Below are positions 38,521-52,380 of a stretch of 64,000 bases of DNA, piece by piece; position 1 is the first letter of the stretch; each line of letters opens with the position of its first letter. The position numbers and the translations under genes were made by a program. The stretch lies in NCBI GenBank assembly GCA_013239625.1, contig MU053994.1, forward strand, positions 2,547,589 through 2,611,588, in the 5' to 3' direction. Source of the stretch: Lama guanicoe. Lineage: Eukaryota. The notes below the pieces were generated by a model. The model ran no database searches, had not been told where the DNA came from, and saw nothing but the letters and a program-made list of their open reading frames with translations.

Positions 38521-38757
38521 TTTTATGTCAAGCTTTTTTAAATTGAAGTATAGTTGATTTACAATATTGTGTTAAGTTTCAGATGTACAGCAAAGTGATT
38601 CAGTTATATAAATATATATGTATATTCTTTTTCAGATCCTTCTCTATTATAGGTTATTATAAGATATTGAATATAGTTCCCTGTGCTATACAGTAGGTCC
38701 CTGTTTATCTATTTTATATATAGGAGTGTGTATATGTTAATCCCAAACTCCTAACCA
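38521..38757 (-). mobile_element. 5'-truncated L1 3' end with TSD
   Basis: aattgaagtatagttgatttacaat...; 12-bp TSD agatatatttta at 38509-38520 and 38758-38769. Confidence 0.8.
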
Positions 38758-39178
38758 AGATATATTTTAAACGGATCAAATATATAAATAAGTAATTTAC
38801 AAAATATGTCCATAATAGTATTAGAAGAAGCCATGGGAGGATTATTTCATGATCTGGTAGTAAGAAAAGTATATTAAATGTATTTGTTTTTATAAGAGGG
38901 AAGCCACTGGTAACCTGGGTTGCCTGTGGGGAGGGGGATTAGACAGCTGGACAGGGATGGATGGAAATTTCCCACTGTATCATCTTGTTCTAAATTCAAA
39001 AGACACAAGAGGATAGTGTTACCTTTCCAAAGACAAATAAAATTTGTTAAAAACTAAGAAGAATGCAAGAGAAAAATGGAAGTAATAAATGGGTGAAAAC
39101 CAACATAAAGCGCTCCCACCAACTCCAACCTCCTCAGACCGACCTGGCTAGAAAAGTTTGAGTGTCTCTATAACTTAC

Positions 39179-39286
39179 CAGCTCTAGCTTCATAATATGC
39201 ACACAGTCCCTCAGGATGTGTGTAGGAGCTCCTAACAGCTTGGTGAAAGCTATTAATGTATTGGCTTTAAACGGCGGTCCTGCAAC
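39179..39286 (-). CDS. MED14: MED14 exon 28 (VAGPPFKA...MKLEL)
   Basis: 108 nt, ttgtag acceptor, GTAAGT donor; translated by hand because it is not in the ORF track. Confidence 0.93.
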
Positions 39287-39384
39287 CTACAAGGATAAAT
39301 AAAGCAAGTTAAGTTACTCTTCATTCTACCTTGGGTCTTCTGTTTTCTTGACTGTTTTAAAATTATGCATTAATAAACACATAC

Positions 39385-39564
39385 TCTTGTTTCAAAGAAT
39401 TTTTCCAAAACTTGAAGTTCATCAGGTTTCCACTGTCCTGCATTTTCAGGTGTTACTTTTAGCTGAAGTGTTTGGTTGGTTTTGGGACTAAGGGCTACTC
39501 TGCATTTCAGCGCATCAGTCTTAAACATGATCACTCCAGGTTCATTGGAATTTATCAGCTGTAG
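39385..39564 (-). CDS. MED14: MED14 exon 27 (LQLINSNE...FFETR)
   Basis: 180 nt, AG/GT bounded. Confidence 0.95.
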
Positions 39565-40369
39565 CTGCAAAACAAGAAGGATGATTCAAATTAACATGTG
39601 AGACAATATGTAAGTCAAAGAGAAAATGAAAATGTTAACTACACAATCATTTCAAAAGGAAAACAACTGAGTTGATACCTGGTTCCAAAACAAAGGTACC
39701 TAGGCACTGAGCACTAGCAACTGCTAACCACGTGGCAGAGAGGCATTCAGACATTATGTGTCTCTTGATGGAAGCACATTGACACTACCTATGAAATATT
39801 CTTGCAAAACAACCAACTTAAGCCTGAATTCAGTAGTTAGATCCACAGCATTGATCAATATTACAGAAATATGAGGGTCAAAAGAACATGTTCAACGATT
39901 CCAAAGGGATACAATCAGCAAGATCCAGATGTGAGAAACTCTACAGGACAAATGATATGGCTTCTTCAACAAATTATTTAATAAGAAGTAGAAGGGGAAC
40001 CTATAGCTTAAAACGGACTTAAAAACATGTATGGGTTCTGATTCAGATGGCAAAAACTGTGATTAACTTGGGAAATCCGGACACCAGCTAGATATCTGAT
40101 GATAAAGAAATTGTATTTATGGACGAAATGATGTCAGGAATTTGCTGTCAAACAATCTGGGAGGAGTTATAGATGAAACAATACTGGTGTGAGTTCAGTG
40201 TTGAAGGGGAGTGATGAGAAGAGACAGGTTCATTATATGATGCTCTCTACTTTTGTATATGCTTAAAATTGTCCACAGTAAGTTTTTTTTAAAATGGCAC
40301 ATTAGAAAAAAGAGAACAAAGAGTTCAATTACAAAATGTCAGATTTGGATTGGGACCTTATGCTAGCCC

Positions 40370-40550
40370 AGGGGTTGGTAAATCTTTTAGGTTCTATGGT
40401 GTCTGCTGCAACCAGTGAATGATGTAGCTGAGAGCAGCCACAGATAGTATGTAACTGAATGGGTGTGGCTGTGTTCCAATAAAACTTAACAAAAACAAGT
40501 GGAGGGCAGGACTTGGCCCCCAGACCCACAGTTTACTGACCTCTGCCCTA
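40370..40550. mobile_element. hAT-Charlie MITE (MER58-like); related copies at ~47328-47497 and ~62460-62690
   Basis: Shared core aatgggtgtggctgtgttccaat(a/g)aaact and caggg...-type termini. Confidence 0.7.
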
Positions 40551-41554
40551 GCCAAATATGTTGATTATGCAGATGAGCAAAATGAGGTTCCAGGGGCTGA
40601 AAGTTTACATGGCCTTTAAGTGGCAAAGGTGAGGCTAGATCACAGGTCTGATGATTACCGTTTTAAATGCTAATTTATTCAACTTATGTTAAAACTTTTA
40701 TTTTTTTTCAAGTTTGAATATAAAGGTTGCAAAATAGCTTGGTGCCATCTGTGGAGTGGCTATTTTAAATATTCACCAGTCTGACCACCTCATTAACATA
40801 AATATCAATAATAATAATATTATTAATATTAATAGTATTATTATTATTATATATAACTAATACGTAACTGAATACCAAGACATTATGCTAAAGGTTTTAT
40901 ATAAAGTATCTCAAATTCCCACAACTGCGGTGAGTTAGACAGATACTATTATCTACTGTTACCAAAAAGGTGAAGAAATCTGCTTAAGCTCATAGCAGCC
41001 AGTGGCATGGCTTGGCTACAAACCAGGGCCACCTGATTCTAGAACTGGTGCCCTCAACTCTGAACCATCTCCTAAGGGTATCACCACTAGGAAAGGCTAG
41101 AAGTCTTTTTCTATAAGCATTTTAAATCAACTCAATTGCTCATGTATTTAAAAAGTGGCTTTCATCCTTGTGATCATAAATAACTTTATGATCACAGATT
41201 CAAAGTCAGCCTGCCTACAAAAGCACTCGAGGGCAGGCAGCTATTTATATGCTAGTCTCTGCCAAGCCAGATCCCAGGCGCACTTGTCCTACGGTATTAT
41301 GGGGACCCATCTCCAGGTCCATGTTAGTTAGCCACAACACGGCAAATTATGAAATGAAGGAATCTGTTAATGTAAGAATGGAAAAGAAAATAGTGGATCC
41401 ATTTTTAAATGCCAGGACAGGGGAAAAGCATAATTCTAACAAGCTGGTTAAAGGAGGTGAGGGAATATCACTTTAGTTTGGATCCTATTCCATGGGGCAA
41501 CTTAGCATCTGCTTTGACAGTCACCACTTAGGAGTTCACCAGGTACCCACATAC

Positions 41555-41790
41555 CGTTTCCTGTTGAATAATTCTTTGAAGGTGTCGTCTCATGATGACC
41601 GATCCAAGGAATCTCTCAAGCGGAGAACAAAGGTAACTACCTGCCAGGCCAGGCACGAGGCCTGGCGTTGGAGAGGGCAGCAGGAGAATGTTCAAGGCAC
41701 TGTGAGTGAGGATGGTAGGTATGGAGGCCGCCCAGGAGCGCTGAGGTAGTTTACGAGGTGGAGGCATGTTTGTTGGCATCGTTTGGGAAC
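41555..41790 (-). CDS. MED14: MED14 exon 26 (SQTMPTNM...IQQET)
   Basis: 236 nt, AG/GT bounded. Confidence 0.95.
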
Positions 41791-41954
41791 CTTTCGGGAA
41801 GGAAAACATCATTACTTTTTTAAACAAATATATACTATCTCATTCTTCCTTGTTTTGCTTTTATTATAAATCTTTGCTATTCCAGAGCAATTCATACTGT
41901 TTCAGTTACTCCTTGTGGTGTAACAATCATATATTAGCTTCCTTATAGTTACTC

Positions 41955-42365
41955 TCCTCCCTGTAGCCGGGTCCCCTGCAATGCGACCTTGTGGTAACTC
42001 CTTCAAGGAGTGCAGTCTATTTCTTTACTTGGAATCTGGGCTGGCCTTGTGACTTGCTGTGGCCTACAGAATGCAGTAGAAGTGACACAGTGCCAGTTGC
42101 AGGCCTGAACTTCCACTGACTCTCTTGGAACCCTGTCTAGCCACCAGGTGAACAAGCCCATGATCAAGTTATGAGGCCACATGGGACAGAGAGAAGTCAG
42201 GCCCCAGCCAACCCAGAGCTGACTACAGATGCAGGAGTGAGCCAGTAGACTTTGGAAGAATCACCCAACTGGGCTCAGCCTAAACTGCCAACCTGCTGAA
42301 TGGCAAGCTAACATATGATTATTATTTTAAGCCACTAAAAGTCACGCAGCAAAAGCTAGCTAATA
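41955..42365 (+). mobile_element. MaLR LTR (MLT1-like)
   Basis: ctggccttgtgacttgc...agaatgcagtagaagtgac...ttttaagccact; similar to the LTR at 6117. Confidence 0.6.
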
Positions 42366-42844
42366 TATTTGTACAATTCTTCTCTTCTGTGTTAATTTGC
42401 ATAACTTTGTCAGTTACCTTTAGGTATCTTTTAAGGTCTAGTATTGCAGCTAATTTAGTAGTCATAACAGAGGTACAGACTCACCTTAGAAGACTTCCAC
42501 AGGAGACATTCCCCTTACATTTTGCCCAACTTTGCAAATTAACTATTGTTACAACCAATTAACTAAATAGATAAAAGTTTATATTCAACATCTTGTAATA
42601 ACCTTTAATGAAGAATATGAAAATGAATATATGTATATATATTCATGACTGGGCCCTGTGCTGCACACCAGAAAACACATTGTAACTGACTACTTAAAAA
42701 ATTTTTTTTAATGGAAAGAAGTTTAAGTTATTAAGTATCCTTGTTATTAAGTCATGACCTTCAAATGTGACGATGAGGACAGAACGATTAAAATAGGTCA
42801 TTTGTTGGTTATCCAAAAAGCATAAAAATGTCCATGACACTTAC

Positions 42845-43027
42845 TTGTTCCAGCTCGAGGGGAATGAGAAGCATCTGGAACTGGAGAATGTAGTGATGGA
42901 TTGGCTGGTGACATTCCAGGCATGCGTGTTGCTGGTGAGGGGCCAGACACTTGAGGAGACCCTGGCCAGTTCCCTGCTCGTCCACTTGGTGACACCATAG
43001 TGTATGGAGAACTAGGGTCCAGGGCTC
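42845..43027 (-). CDS. MED14: MED14 exon 25 (ALDPSSPY...PRAGT)
   Basis: 183 nt, ttacag acceptor, GTAAGT donor. Confidence 0.95.
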
Positions 43028-43589
43028 CTGTAAAGAAGAAAACAAATGGTATTTGATAATACCTGATAATCTGAAAAGTATTTGATAATAATCAAATGCT
43101 TACACCCTATCTAGTGATAATTTTATTTTTTCTTTCAGTAAGGTATTTCACTGAAGCATGATACTTCTTAACATGACACATTTGAAACTCTATTTTGTGT
43201 TACGTATTTTTTTAAACTATGTATTTTTTTAACATGATACAAAAATTAGGAAGATAAAAGTCTGAGAAAGGATACAATTTACCGTCACACAAACTTCAAG
43301 ATGTATAATATGTAACAATTTACTTTACACTATGTAACACTGTATGTTTGAAAATATTAAGCAAAAAAACTCAAAGCTTCTTTAAGGGCAGACATCTTAT
43401 ATATTTAAACTAACCATGACTAATTATTTTTTTATTCTACTCAGAGAAGGCTGACGAGAGGGAAAATTTCCATTTTCTTTATTTAGTAAATGGTACAGTG
43501 ACTAAGAAATGAACCAAAATTCAAGTTTTGAAAGCAGTGACTTCCTGAACAATCTGATATTTAAATTTCATCCTGTAGATACCTTTGAC

Positions 43590-44540
43590 ATATTTACACC
43601 CCTTTGTAACCAAATGACAAACTGAGAAAATACTTCTACCATATATCAGGGAGTAAATGGTCCTTGTTTAGAAAACTTACAAATCAGTAAGAAAAAACAC
43701 AAGAATATAGGCAAAAGATACAAACTGGCAGGCATAAAATAAGAAACACAAAAGACCAATGAACATAAAAAAAGTTCAACTTCACTAATAATCAAAAAAA
43801 CACACATCAAACAATAAGATGCCATTTTTTACCTATCAAAATGACCAAGATTTTTAAAAATCACAATACCCCGTGTTGACAATGATGGAGGAAAACAGAC
43901 ATTCTTGTACGATACTAGAGGAAATTGGTACAGCCTTTCAGGTGAGCAATTTGCAATATGTTTCAAAAGCTTTAGAATTTCTCAAACCCTTTGAGACAGC
44001 AATTCCACTTCTAGGAACTTACCTAAGAAAATAATCATGTGAGCAGAGAAGACACCATTTTTAGTTGTGAAAAAACAGAAACATTCTAAATGTATTAAAT
44101 CAGTTAAATCACAGTATGCCCAGACAAGGGAATACTATGAAGCCCTTTAGTATGATGATGTAGAGTTTTTACTGACAGAAATGTTCCTGCAAATATTAAC
44201 AGTGAAGAGTAAAATCACAGACGCCACACAGCTGTAAAACCTTAAGAAGCTCTTTCTGTTCGGATTTGGCATGGTATTCCTGATACAGCTAAGTGACAGA
44301 AGCAAGGCACCGAACACGGTGTGCAGCCTGCTGCCATGTGTGTAAAAGAGGAGGGGAGAACACTCCGCTTAAAACATCTCTGCAAGAATGCATGAGAAAT
44401 TAACAGCACTAAGTGCCTCTGGGAAGAGGAACTAGGTGGTCGGTGGACCAGATAGGAAACACTTCACGGGATCCCTCTTCTATTCTTGATCTATTTGAAC
44501 CAATTCAAAATTGAACTTTTGAGTTAAAAAGTTTAAAAAT
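43590..44540 (+). mobile_element. Ancient L1 3' end (L1ME-like)
   Basis: Degenerate ORF2-end motif cagcaattccacttctagg and an A-rich body. Confidence 0.6.
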
Positions 44541-44896
44541 TCAAGTCTCAAAACAATACATTTGGTAGGGTCCCAATTTTCAGGGGGTGGGGGGAGCAGG
44601 GGTGGCAGTGTTTGAGAGGGGAGACAAGAAGATGGGGAGGGAGCAAGCCAGAGCCACAGAGATCAGGGCAGGCAAGGAAGCAGAGGGTGCGTGACAGGCC
44701 GAGCGAGGTGGGGAGAGACAGTCCGAAGCAGGCAGACTAACTGGTAGATCTCTTGTGGTACGATTAGGAAAAATGTATTTTCTTTTGCTATTTCCCCAAT
44801 ACACAAGTGCTAATTTCGCAGTAAGAAAATTTACTTAACAAAAATTATTTTCACATTAAACTCTTATGCTCTAGCGATTTCCGTGTATGGACTCAC

Positions 44897-45028
44897 CATG
44901 TGGACTAGCAAAACTGGCCCCTGGTCCTATTGAGATTCCATGCGAGGATGGGGGAGGAGTTGGAACAAATGATGCTGGTGATGGGGCTCTCAAAGCCCCA
45001 CTGGGGGAGCTGGCGGCATGCAGATTTC
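44897..45028 (-). CDS. MED14: MED14 exon 24 (NLHAASSP...FASPH)
   Basis: 132 nt, phase 1-1, GTGAGT donor. Confidence 0.93.
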
Positions 45029-45269
45029 CTAATAAAGGAAAATAATTATAGATGATCTTGCAGGACACATACTATGTCCTGTCTAAGGGCCCCAAGTTAA
45101 GACTCTCTCTACAGACTAACGAAACAAGTAGTAAAGCTCCCAAAAGCAGCACAAAGAAAAACTGGAACCATGTCATTATTGAAAAAGAGAGAGATCGAGT
45201 CCATGGGGGCCCGAATTCTAGCTCTTACATTGACTGACTTTTTTAAAAAAAATATCTAGTATACTTTTT

Positions 45270-46310
45270 TATTTACTCATTCAACAAGTAGGCATGAACA
45301 TCCATTTCATGCCAAGCATTGTTGTAGGCACTGGGGACACAGTAGTTAAGAAGAGACAAAAATGTTTGCCCTCCTGGAGCTTACTTCTAGAAGAATGAGA
45401 AAGACAAATACATGTCAGGCTGTGAGAAGTGCTGTGGATAAAACCAGGGCAAGGTAAGAGGGCTTTATCGTGTAGCGGAGGAGGTGGGTGCTGTTCTATA
45501 TAGAACAGCCAGAGACCTCTCTAAGAAGGGGCTGTGTGCGCTGAGACATGGAGTGAGGATAAGGCAAGGGGATATCCAGGGAATACGATATCGAAGGCAA
45601 ACCGAAGAGCAGGGGGAGGCCAGTGTGGCTGGAACAGCATGAGCAAAGGGGGAGACAGGGAAGGGAAGATTAGGTCAGAGAGGTGGGAGGAGGGTCCCAG
45701 ATCACACAGGGACTTGGAGGCCACTCTAAGGACTTAGGGTTTACCCGGAATGAGGTGGGAAACCATTGCAGAGTTTGGAGCAGCAGAACCATGAACGACT
45801 GTTCCAGAAGGACCACTCTAGCTGCTGTTGAAACACAGACTAAAGGACAGGGGGCAGGAGCGGGGAAACCAGTTAGAGGCAACTGCAATTACCCAGGTCA
45901 GAGACTGACTCAGGCAAGGGTGAAGGCAGAGAAGGTGAAAAGTGGTTAGATTCTGGATAAATTCTGAAGATGGAGCTGACAACAAATTTGGTAACTGACT
46001 GACTGTGGGTGTGAGAGAAGAGAAGTCCAACACGACTCCTACAGCTCTGGCCCAAGTAGCAGGAAGGAAGAAGCTGCCACTTGCTGGAAAGGGGGGGGGG
46101 TCTGTGCGAGGAGCAGCACAGGGTGGGTTGGGAGGTGTTAGGAGTTTAGTTTCAGCCGTGCTTGAGTTTCAGAGGCTGACTAGGCATCCACATGGAAATG
46201 CTGGACAGAGAGCTGGAAAATACAGGACTCGAGTTCGGGGGAGAGGCCTAGATGGAGATATTAAAAAACTGGGAGACGTGAGCTTAAAGCTGGTATTTAG
46301 CCACAAGACT
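45270..46310 (-). mobile_element. L2 LINE remnant
   Basis: Starts actcattcaacaa...gtaggcactggggacacag; purine-rich antisense L2 body. Confidence 0.7.
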
Positions 46311-47773
46311 AGTATTTTAGGGTTATGAAGTGGGAGACTATGGCTACCAAAACTATGAATGCAACGTTGAAATCCTTGCTACATTACCCTAACTATCCTC
46401 AGTATCAGCAGCTTTCAAATTTTCTACTACTAAAGAGAATTTTGTATTTTTAATTTTGTATTTTTGTATTTGTATTTTAAGAGAATTTTGTATATTTAAT
46501 ACCTAATGCAATATTAATTCAATATAATATGAATTCGATATTAACATATTTAATTCAATAAATATGTTAATCAACTTAATTACCTTTAAGTAATATATTT
46601 ACATATTTAGCTGTGTGATCTGGACAAGTGACTTAACTTCTCCATGCCTCAGGTTTCCTCTGTAAAACGGGGATAATAATAGGACCTATGCCACGGGTTT
46701 GCTGGGGGGGATTAAATGGGTAAAGTGCTTAGAGCAGGGTTTGGCACACAGTAGGCACTACATACCTATCTGCTACTGTAATTATTTCAAAATAATCATC
46801 TCTCCTTCCTTGTATGCAAAGCCAGTCTCATCTCACATCCAAGAAACCCCCTCCCGTCAGGTTCTGGGACGCTGCTTCCCCCATTTTCCTCCGTGCTTCC
46901 CCCAATGCCCCTTCTCAGGCTCCCACACCGTCTACTGCTGGCGCGCCATGGGGACTGAGTTCACCCACCCACTCGGGCTTTGATCACCTTCAGTGACATG
47001 ACAGTGACTTGCACGTCTTCTCCTGGGGTCCAAACATCTCCTATGAGCAGGGAAGGGATCACCTACCCCAGAAATCTGACACCTGCCCTCCAAGCAGGTT
47101 GCTATCAGGCTTGCTGCTGAATTCCCAGCACCGTGTGCCATTAGACACAGAGCAAGTGCTTAAGACATACCAATGAATTTAGTGTTCAGTTAAAAGTAAA
47201 AATCTGGCATTCTCCAGCAATTTTTACAGCGCCCTTCATGGGGCCACCAACACGGCCATTTTGTTTGGACACGCAGGCTGTATGTGCACTGGCTGACTCT
47301 GAGGGTGGGGCACCGTTCACATATACCGGGCTTTCCGCAAACTTCTTCCTGTAAGGCAGCTTTTCTGTTAGGGGTTGTTGCAGTGGGAAAGCAGCCACAG
47401 ACACTATATAAATGGGTGTGGCTGTGTTCCAATGAAACTTTACAGAATCGGGTTGTGGGCAGGACTTGGCGCACAGGCCCTAGAGTGTCCACCTCTGACA
47501 TAGATCGTGTTGTGACTATCTTAGAGCAGTGCCATGAGTCTGGCTCTGGGTGACAACACCTCCACTTGACTGAAACCTTTTCAAGTGCTCCTGAATCATG
47601 AACACGGATTTCACAACCCTGCCATAATGAATGAACAGTAAATATCCAGCCACAGACAAGCAAAGGAGTTCTCTCTGACATCTAAGGCTACATGTATAGT
47701 GCTGCTCAGTGTGTGTGTGTGTCTATTTTGGATCTGGAAGTTGAACAAGACAAGGGAGTAAGTCATATCTTAC

Positions 47774-47885
47774 CTGGAGACTGTGTGTGCATCATAGAGG
47801 GAGACTGGTTAACTGTGCTGTGGTAAGATGTAGGGGGTGAAGTAAGAGGGTAAGCGCCGGATGACCCTGGCTGCTTTGGAAATGG
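47774..47885 (-). CDS. MED14: MED14 exon 23 (PFPKQPGS...HTQSP)
   Basis: 112 nt, tttcag acceptor, GTAAGA donor. Confidence 0.94.
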
Positions 47886-48444
47886 CTGAAAAGAAGAAAA
47901 TACATGTCGGTAAAATGGCCAACCACATAGAGTATGGGAGTGTGGCTTTCCCCAATAAAGAGCTACAGTGTTAACATTTATACATGTCACTGGTTACCAA
48001 ACAGGAAATGAGAGGTACGAAAATGCCCAAAACACATTATCAATAATGCAAGTTTCTAAAAACTCTGACTTTTAAGATGTTTTAAAAGTAGCAACATTCT
48101 CATTCCTGACCCTGCGGTCCCATTGCTTATATCCTTCAAGATGTCTTTTGCTCATTTTATCTACCATATCACTGACTTATTTATATTATTTACCTACCAT
48201 TTCATTGATTCTAAGAGAATTTTCTCCCATATTTTAACATTTCTGAAATCAGGATGTGTCTTCCAATTCATGGCACGTCACAGTTTAACCGACAGTGTTG
48301 TTTGGGGCAGTACATAACACCAGTGTGCCTTACACTTGGTGGAGTTTTAGTCAGTGAAATACGGTAGTTTAACCTGACCTCTACTCACCTTTACCTTCAT
48401 CTCCAGTAATGAAAATCCAAGCACAATGTAATCCTTCCCAGTCT

Positions 48445-49230
48445 ACTTTTTAAAGTTGAGGTATGAATCACATATAGTGAAGTACACAAATCTTAAATGT
48501 ATAGTCTGATGCCTCTTTTTAACAATGTAACTGCCACACAGATCAATATGCTGAAGGACGTTACCAGAACCCCAGACGCCTTCCTCATCCACCTTCCAAG
48601 TCTTTATCGTCCCCCTGAAGGTAAGCAATACTCTGACTTCCATCACTCAAGCTTGGTTTTGCCTGTTTTTGCTTCTCACATAAATACTGGATGTACTCAT
48701 TAGTGTCTGGCTTCTTTTGTTCAACGTTATGTCAGTGAAATCCATCATGTTGTTGCATGTAGCAATAGTTTATTTTTTCATTTCTGTGAAGTATTCTACT
48801 GTATGAATATACCCCAATTTACTCAGTCATTTTACTGCTGCTGGATATTTGGGTTGTTTACATTTTTTGGATAATGTTGCTATGAACATTCTTGTGTTTT
48901 TTTGGCTGCATCTCTGTTGTGTATATACCTAAGGTAGAACTGTGAACTCAGAGTCATGCATAATGTTCAGCTTCAACACCCTAGAATACTGCTAAGCACC
49001 ACTGCAAGGCAGCTGTACCATTTTACGAACCTCACAATAGTAAGGGAGAGTTTCAGTTGGTCCTAATACCAAATGTTGGCAAGGATTATCAATTTTTTTT
49101 CTTAAAGCCATTTTTGTGGGTATGGGCTATTATCTCACTGTGATTTTAATGTGTATTTCTGTGATGCCAGATGACGCTGTTCACCTTTTCTGTGTTTAGA
49201 CATAAACACATTTAGACATCCTCTTCTGTG
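48445..49230 (-). mobile_element. Ancient L1 3' end (L1ME-like), reverse orientation
   Basis: tgtctggcttcttttgttcaac...ccatcatgttgttgcatgtagcaatagttt is typical antisense old L1. Confidence 0.7.
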
Positions 49231-49483
49231 ACCACGTGGATGATCACGTGACAATATTTTAAGTGCACGAGTCTGAGGTTAATGCTACTTCTGGTACTTT
49301 TCATTTCCCATCACTGGAAGCCTCCTCCTCATCTCCCTCTGCCACTATTTCTTCATATGGATTCCTTGGGCACCTTGGACCCACCAAGGATCTCCTTGCC
49401 TTTCAACAAAGAATCCCAGACATCTGTAGAACCTGTTAAGTTACACAAATGTGATACTGTTTGGAATTTCAGCTAGACATCAC

Positions 49484-49624
49484 CTGTTGCTGGGGTGGTG
49501 GCTGGAGCTGTGAGATTAAAGAATCCATCATATCTCCTCCAATGGGAGAAGGGGGATTATCGTCCTCATTTACAGACCTTCTCCGAGCATCCTGATTGCT
49601 GTCAACAAACATATTCAGGAATGT
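49484..49624 (-). CDS. MED14: MED14 exon 22 (TFLNMFVD...PPPQQQ)
   Basis: 141 nt, translated by hand; ccacag acceptor, GTGATG donor. Confidence 0.93.
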
Positions 49625-50294
49625 CTGTGGATATAAAAAGGTAAAATTTAGATTATTTTACCTAACTTTAGTCAGATATTCTTTATTATTTAGAATATGT
49701 TAACAGAAACAAACATATGTCCATCTCTGAAATGTAAGTTTGACAGATGGTCACTATTGTTAGGTTAACCTAGAAGAGACAGTGATCATTTTGAAGGAAG
49801 GGGGGAAATTGAGGAAAATGGTTAACTACAACAATAAAAACAACATCTAAGTTAAAATGTATTATGTGAGCAGAAAGTTGAAGAAAGAAGTACACCCTGG
49901 CACCTTTCAATGCCAGGTCAAAATATTTTCTTATTAATTTCTGAATCAGAAATGGGGAAAAGAATAAAGAGTTGCATGGTAGGCATAAAAGTAACTTCAG
50001 TGACTTGGAAAATTTCCTATTCAGTCAGAGTGCTCACTTTTTAAGCCAGAAAATAGGAAAGAGGAAAACTGAATAAAGGAACTAAGCTATCTTTTCCCTT
50101 TTTACGTGACTTAATCTTAAACCATCAAGAGTGGGACAAGTCTTGTTTTACAGTGTATGTTATCAAAAATTAAGCAAGACGACCAGAATTTGTGCTCAAG
50201 CAGATTCTCTTTCTTTTAATATACTCCACTCTCCAAATCTTAAAAAATATAGATTATAAGCTTATCAGAATTACTAAAAAGCTTTTAAAGGTCT

Positions 50295-52380
50295 GACTTC
50301 CAATTAAAGATGATAGCTACACAACACACATTTCATCCTCTCCCAACACCCCACTGAAAGTCCTAAAAAATTTTCTTTAGGCAATAAGCCACAAAGACAA
50401 AAAGAATAGAAGAGGAAAATAGCAAGAAATTCTGAGAGGCTGCAGAGCAGATGGCTGAGTGGTAAACTATCTGATGTGAGGACACTGTATCCTAAGCAAG
50501 CAGTGGGGAAAGCCAAGAAGCAAAGCTATTTCCGTCCAGATCCCCAAGATACATAGAAACTGGCAGCACCAGATACCTCTGGAAATGGGGATGAAAGTGA
50601 GACTAAAAGCAGAAGGACCAAGTGAAAGTCTCTTGAAGAGACAGTGAAACCCTCCCAGAGCCTCTGTCACTCCCACTGAGTTAGGCTGACCACTACCACC
50701 TTGGTGGAGGGTCTCTGATTTGGGGGATTCTAGAAATCCGTTGAGATAAGGGGTACCATAGTAAAAATAAAGATTAAAATTTACATTCTGAATGCTGAGT
50801 TTCCTTCTCTTATGTAACTGGCCCAAAACTGGGAGCCAGATGATGCACAGTATCTATGCAGTCTTGATACTCTTCTCTGGGCACTCACACCAGCCCAACA
50901 AAAAGACCTAAAGGTACTGACATTGGGAGTTACCCAATGAAATGGCCCAAGCAGATCATCCTGCAGTGAAGAGCACAACAAGTCTCACTTTTCAACAAAA
51001 GCAGAGTTAAGAAACACTTAATATATGAAGAAAAATACTAATATGAAAGAGATGAAAACAAAAAAAGGTGGATGAAATAGAGATTATGTAGGAAGAAAAG
51101 AGGTTAAGAGAAGATAATGCAGCCATATAGAATATGATGTCATAAAATGAACATTCAGAAACAAAAATGCTCTCAGAATTTTTTTTAAGATGGCACCCCC
51201 CCCCAAAAAAAACCCCAAAACTTGATGGAAATGAAAAATAGAAGGACTGGAAGGAAAAAGATGAGGAAATCTCCCAGAAACAAAGAAATAAAAAACAGAA
51301 AAGATAAGAAAATTAGAGGATAAGTCCAGGATAACCAACATCAGAATAGTAGGGGTACCAAAAAGAGCTAACAGAGAATGCAAAGGGGAAGACTAGAGAA
51401 ACAATGCAAGGAAATTTCCCAGAGCGAAAGGATGTAAGTTTCCAGACTGAAAGAGTCCACTTAGTCACATAAGGTTCAAGAACAGGAACAGGACTGAATG
51501 TCTCAATGGTCACAATGAAGCTAGAGGACGATGAAGCAATCAATGCCTTCAAAATTCTTACAATGATTGCAACCTAGAATTCTACACCTAGCCGCTATCT
51601 CAATTAGATGAGGGTAAACTAAAGACGCTTTCAGACATACAAGGTCTCAAATTAACCTCCCACGTACCTTCTCCCAGGAAGCTACGTAGAAAGTATTCCA
51701 CCAAAACAACAAGTGAACCAAGAACAAGACGTGGGGCCCAAGCCACAGGGCACACAATACCATTCTTCTGCAGACTTCTACACTAAAACTGGGCAAAAGG
51801 TCTGGAGGACGGTGGAAGAGATTTCTTCAAGATGAAACTGGTAAGGTGTCTGATACATGAACATACTGAGGGGAGAGTTACATATATGGGAGAGACTTTT
51901 AGGCTGAGTTACTGGTAAGTATAGAGAGAGCTAAGGAAAAAAACAGTTAGTAATTCCCAGGAAAATAAAATGTTGAGCAAGACACGAAAAGTAATTACAG
52001 GAAGCTTGGTAGAATAGTATTATATATTCATGATAATGTGAACACTGAAAAATTATCTCATCACAATGGCTACCTAACCATATTGCGAGGATGCAGGAAA
52101 GGGAGAAGGCATCTGTACTGAGAGCGGCCTGGAAAGGGGAGGGGGCATATAAGAGAGAATTTAAAAAGAATTAAGTCCCCATCTTCCATTGTGAGAAGCA
52201 GATAATGCCCTCAACTAAGAAGTCCAACAAACAGCAATGAAAGCTAGCTATTTAGAGGTAAGGATGTAAATACCAAGAGAATGAGCGATGTAAGGGTTGA
52301 AAACAGAGCAGATAAAGGGCAAGGGTAGAACTAATTTTCCAAACAAGCCTTTTGGAACTATTTGACTCTAAACTGTAATA
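50295..52380 (+). mobile_element. Ancient L1/HAL1-like element with ORF1 remnants
   Basis: A-rich tract with ttagaggataagtccagg...ccaacatc...aatagtaggggtacca and caacctagaattctacaccta, resembling ORF1 sequence. Confidence 0.55.

Noticed and set aside
47233..47364. Stop-free phase-1 segment in MED14 intron 23 as an extra in-frame exon
   Set aside because: The acceptor lies in a MER58-like element with a poor pyrimidine tract, and no in-phase GT donor exists.
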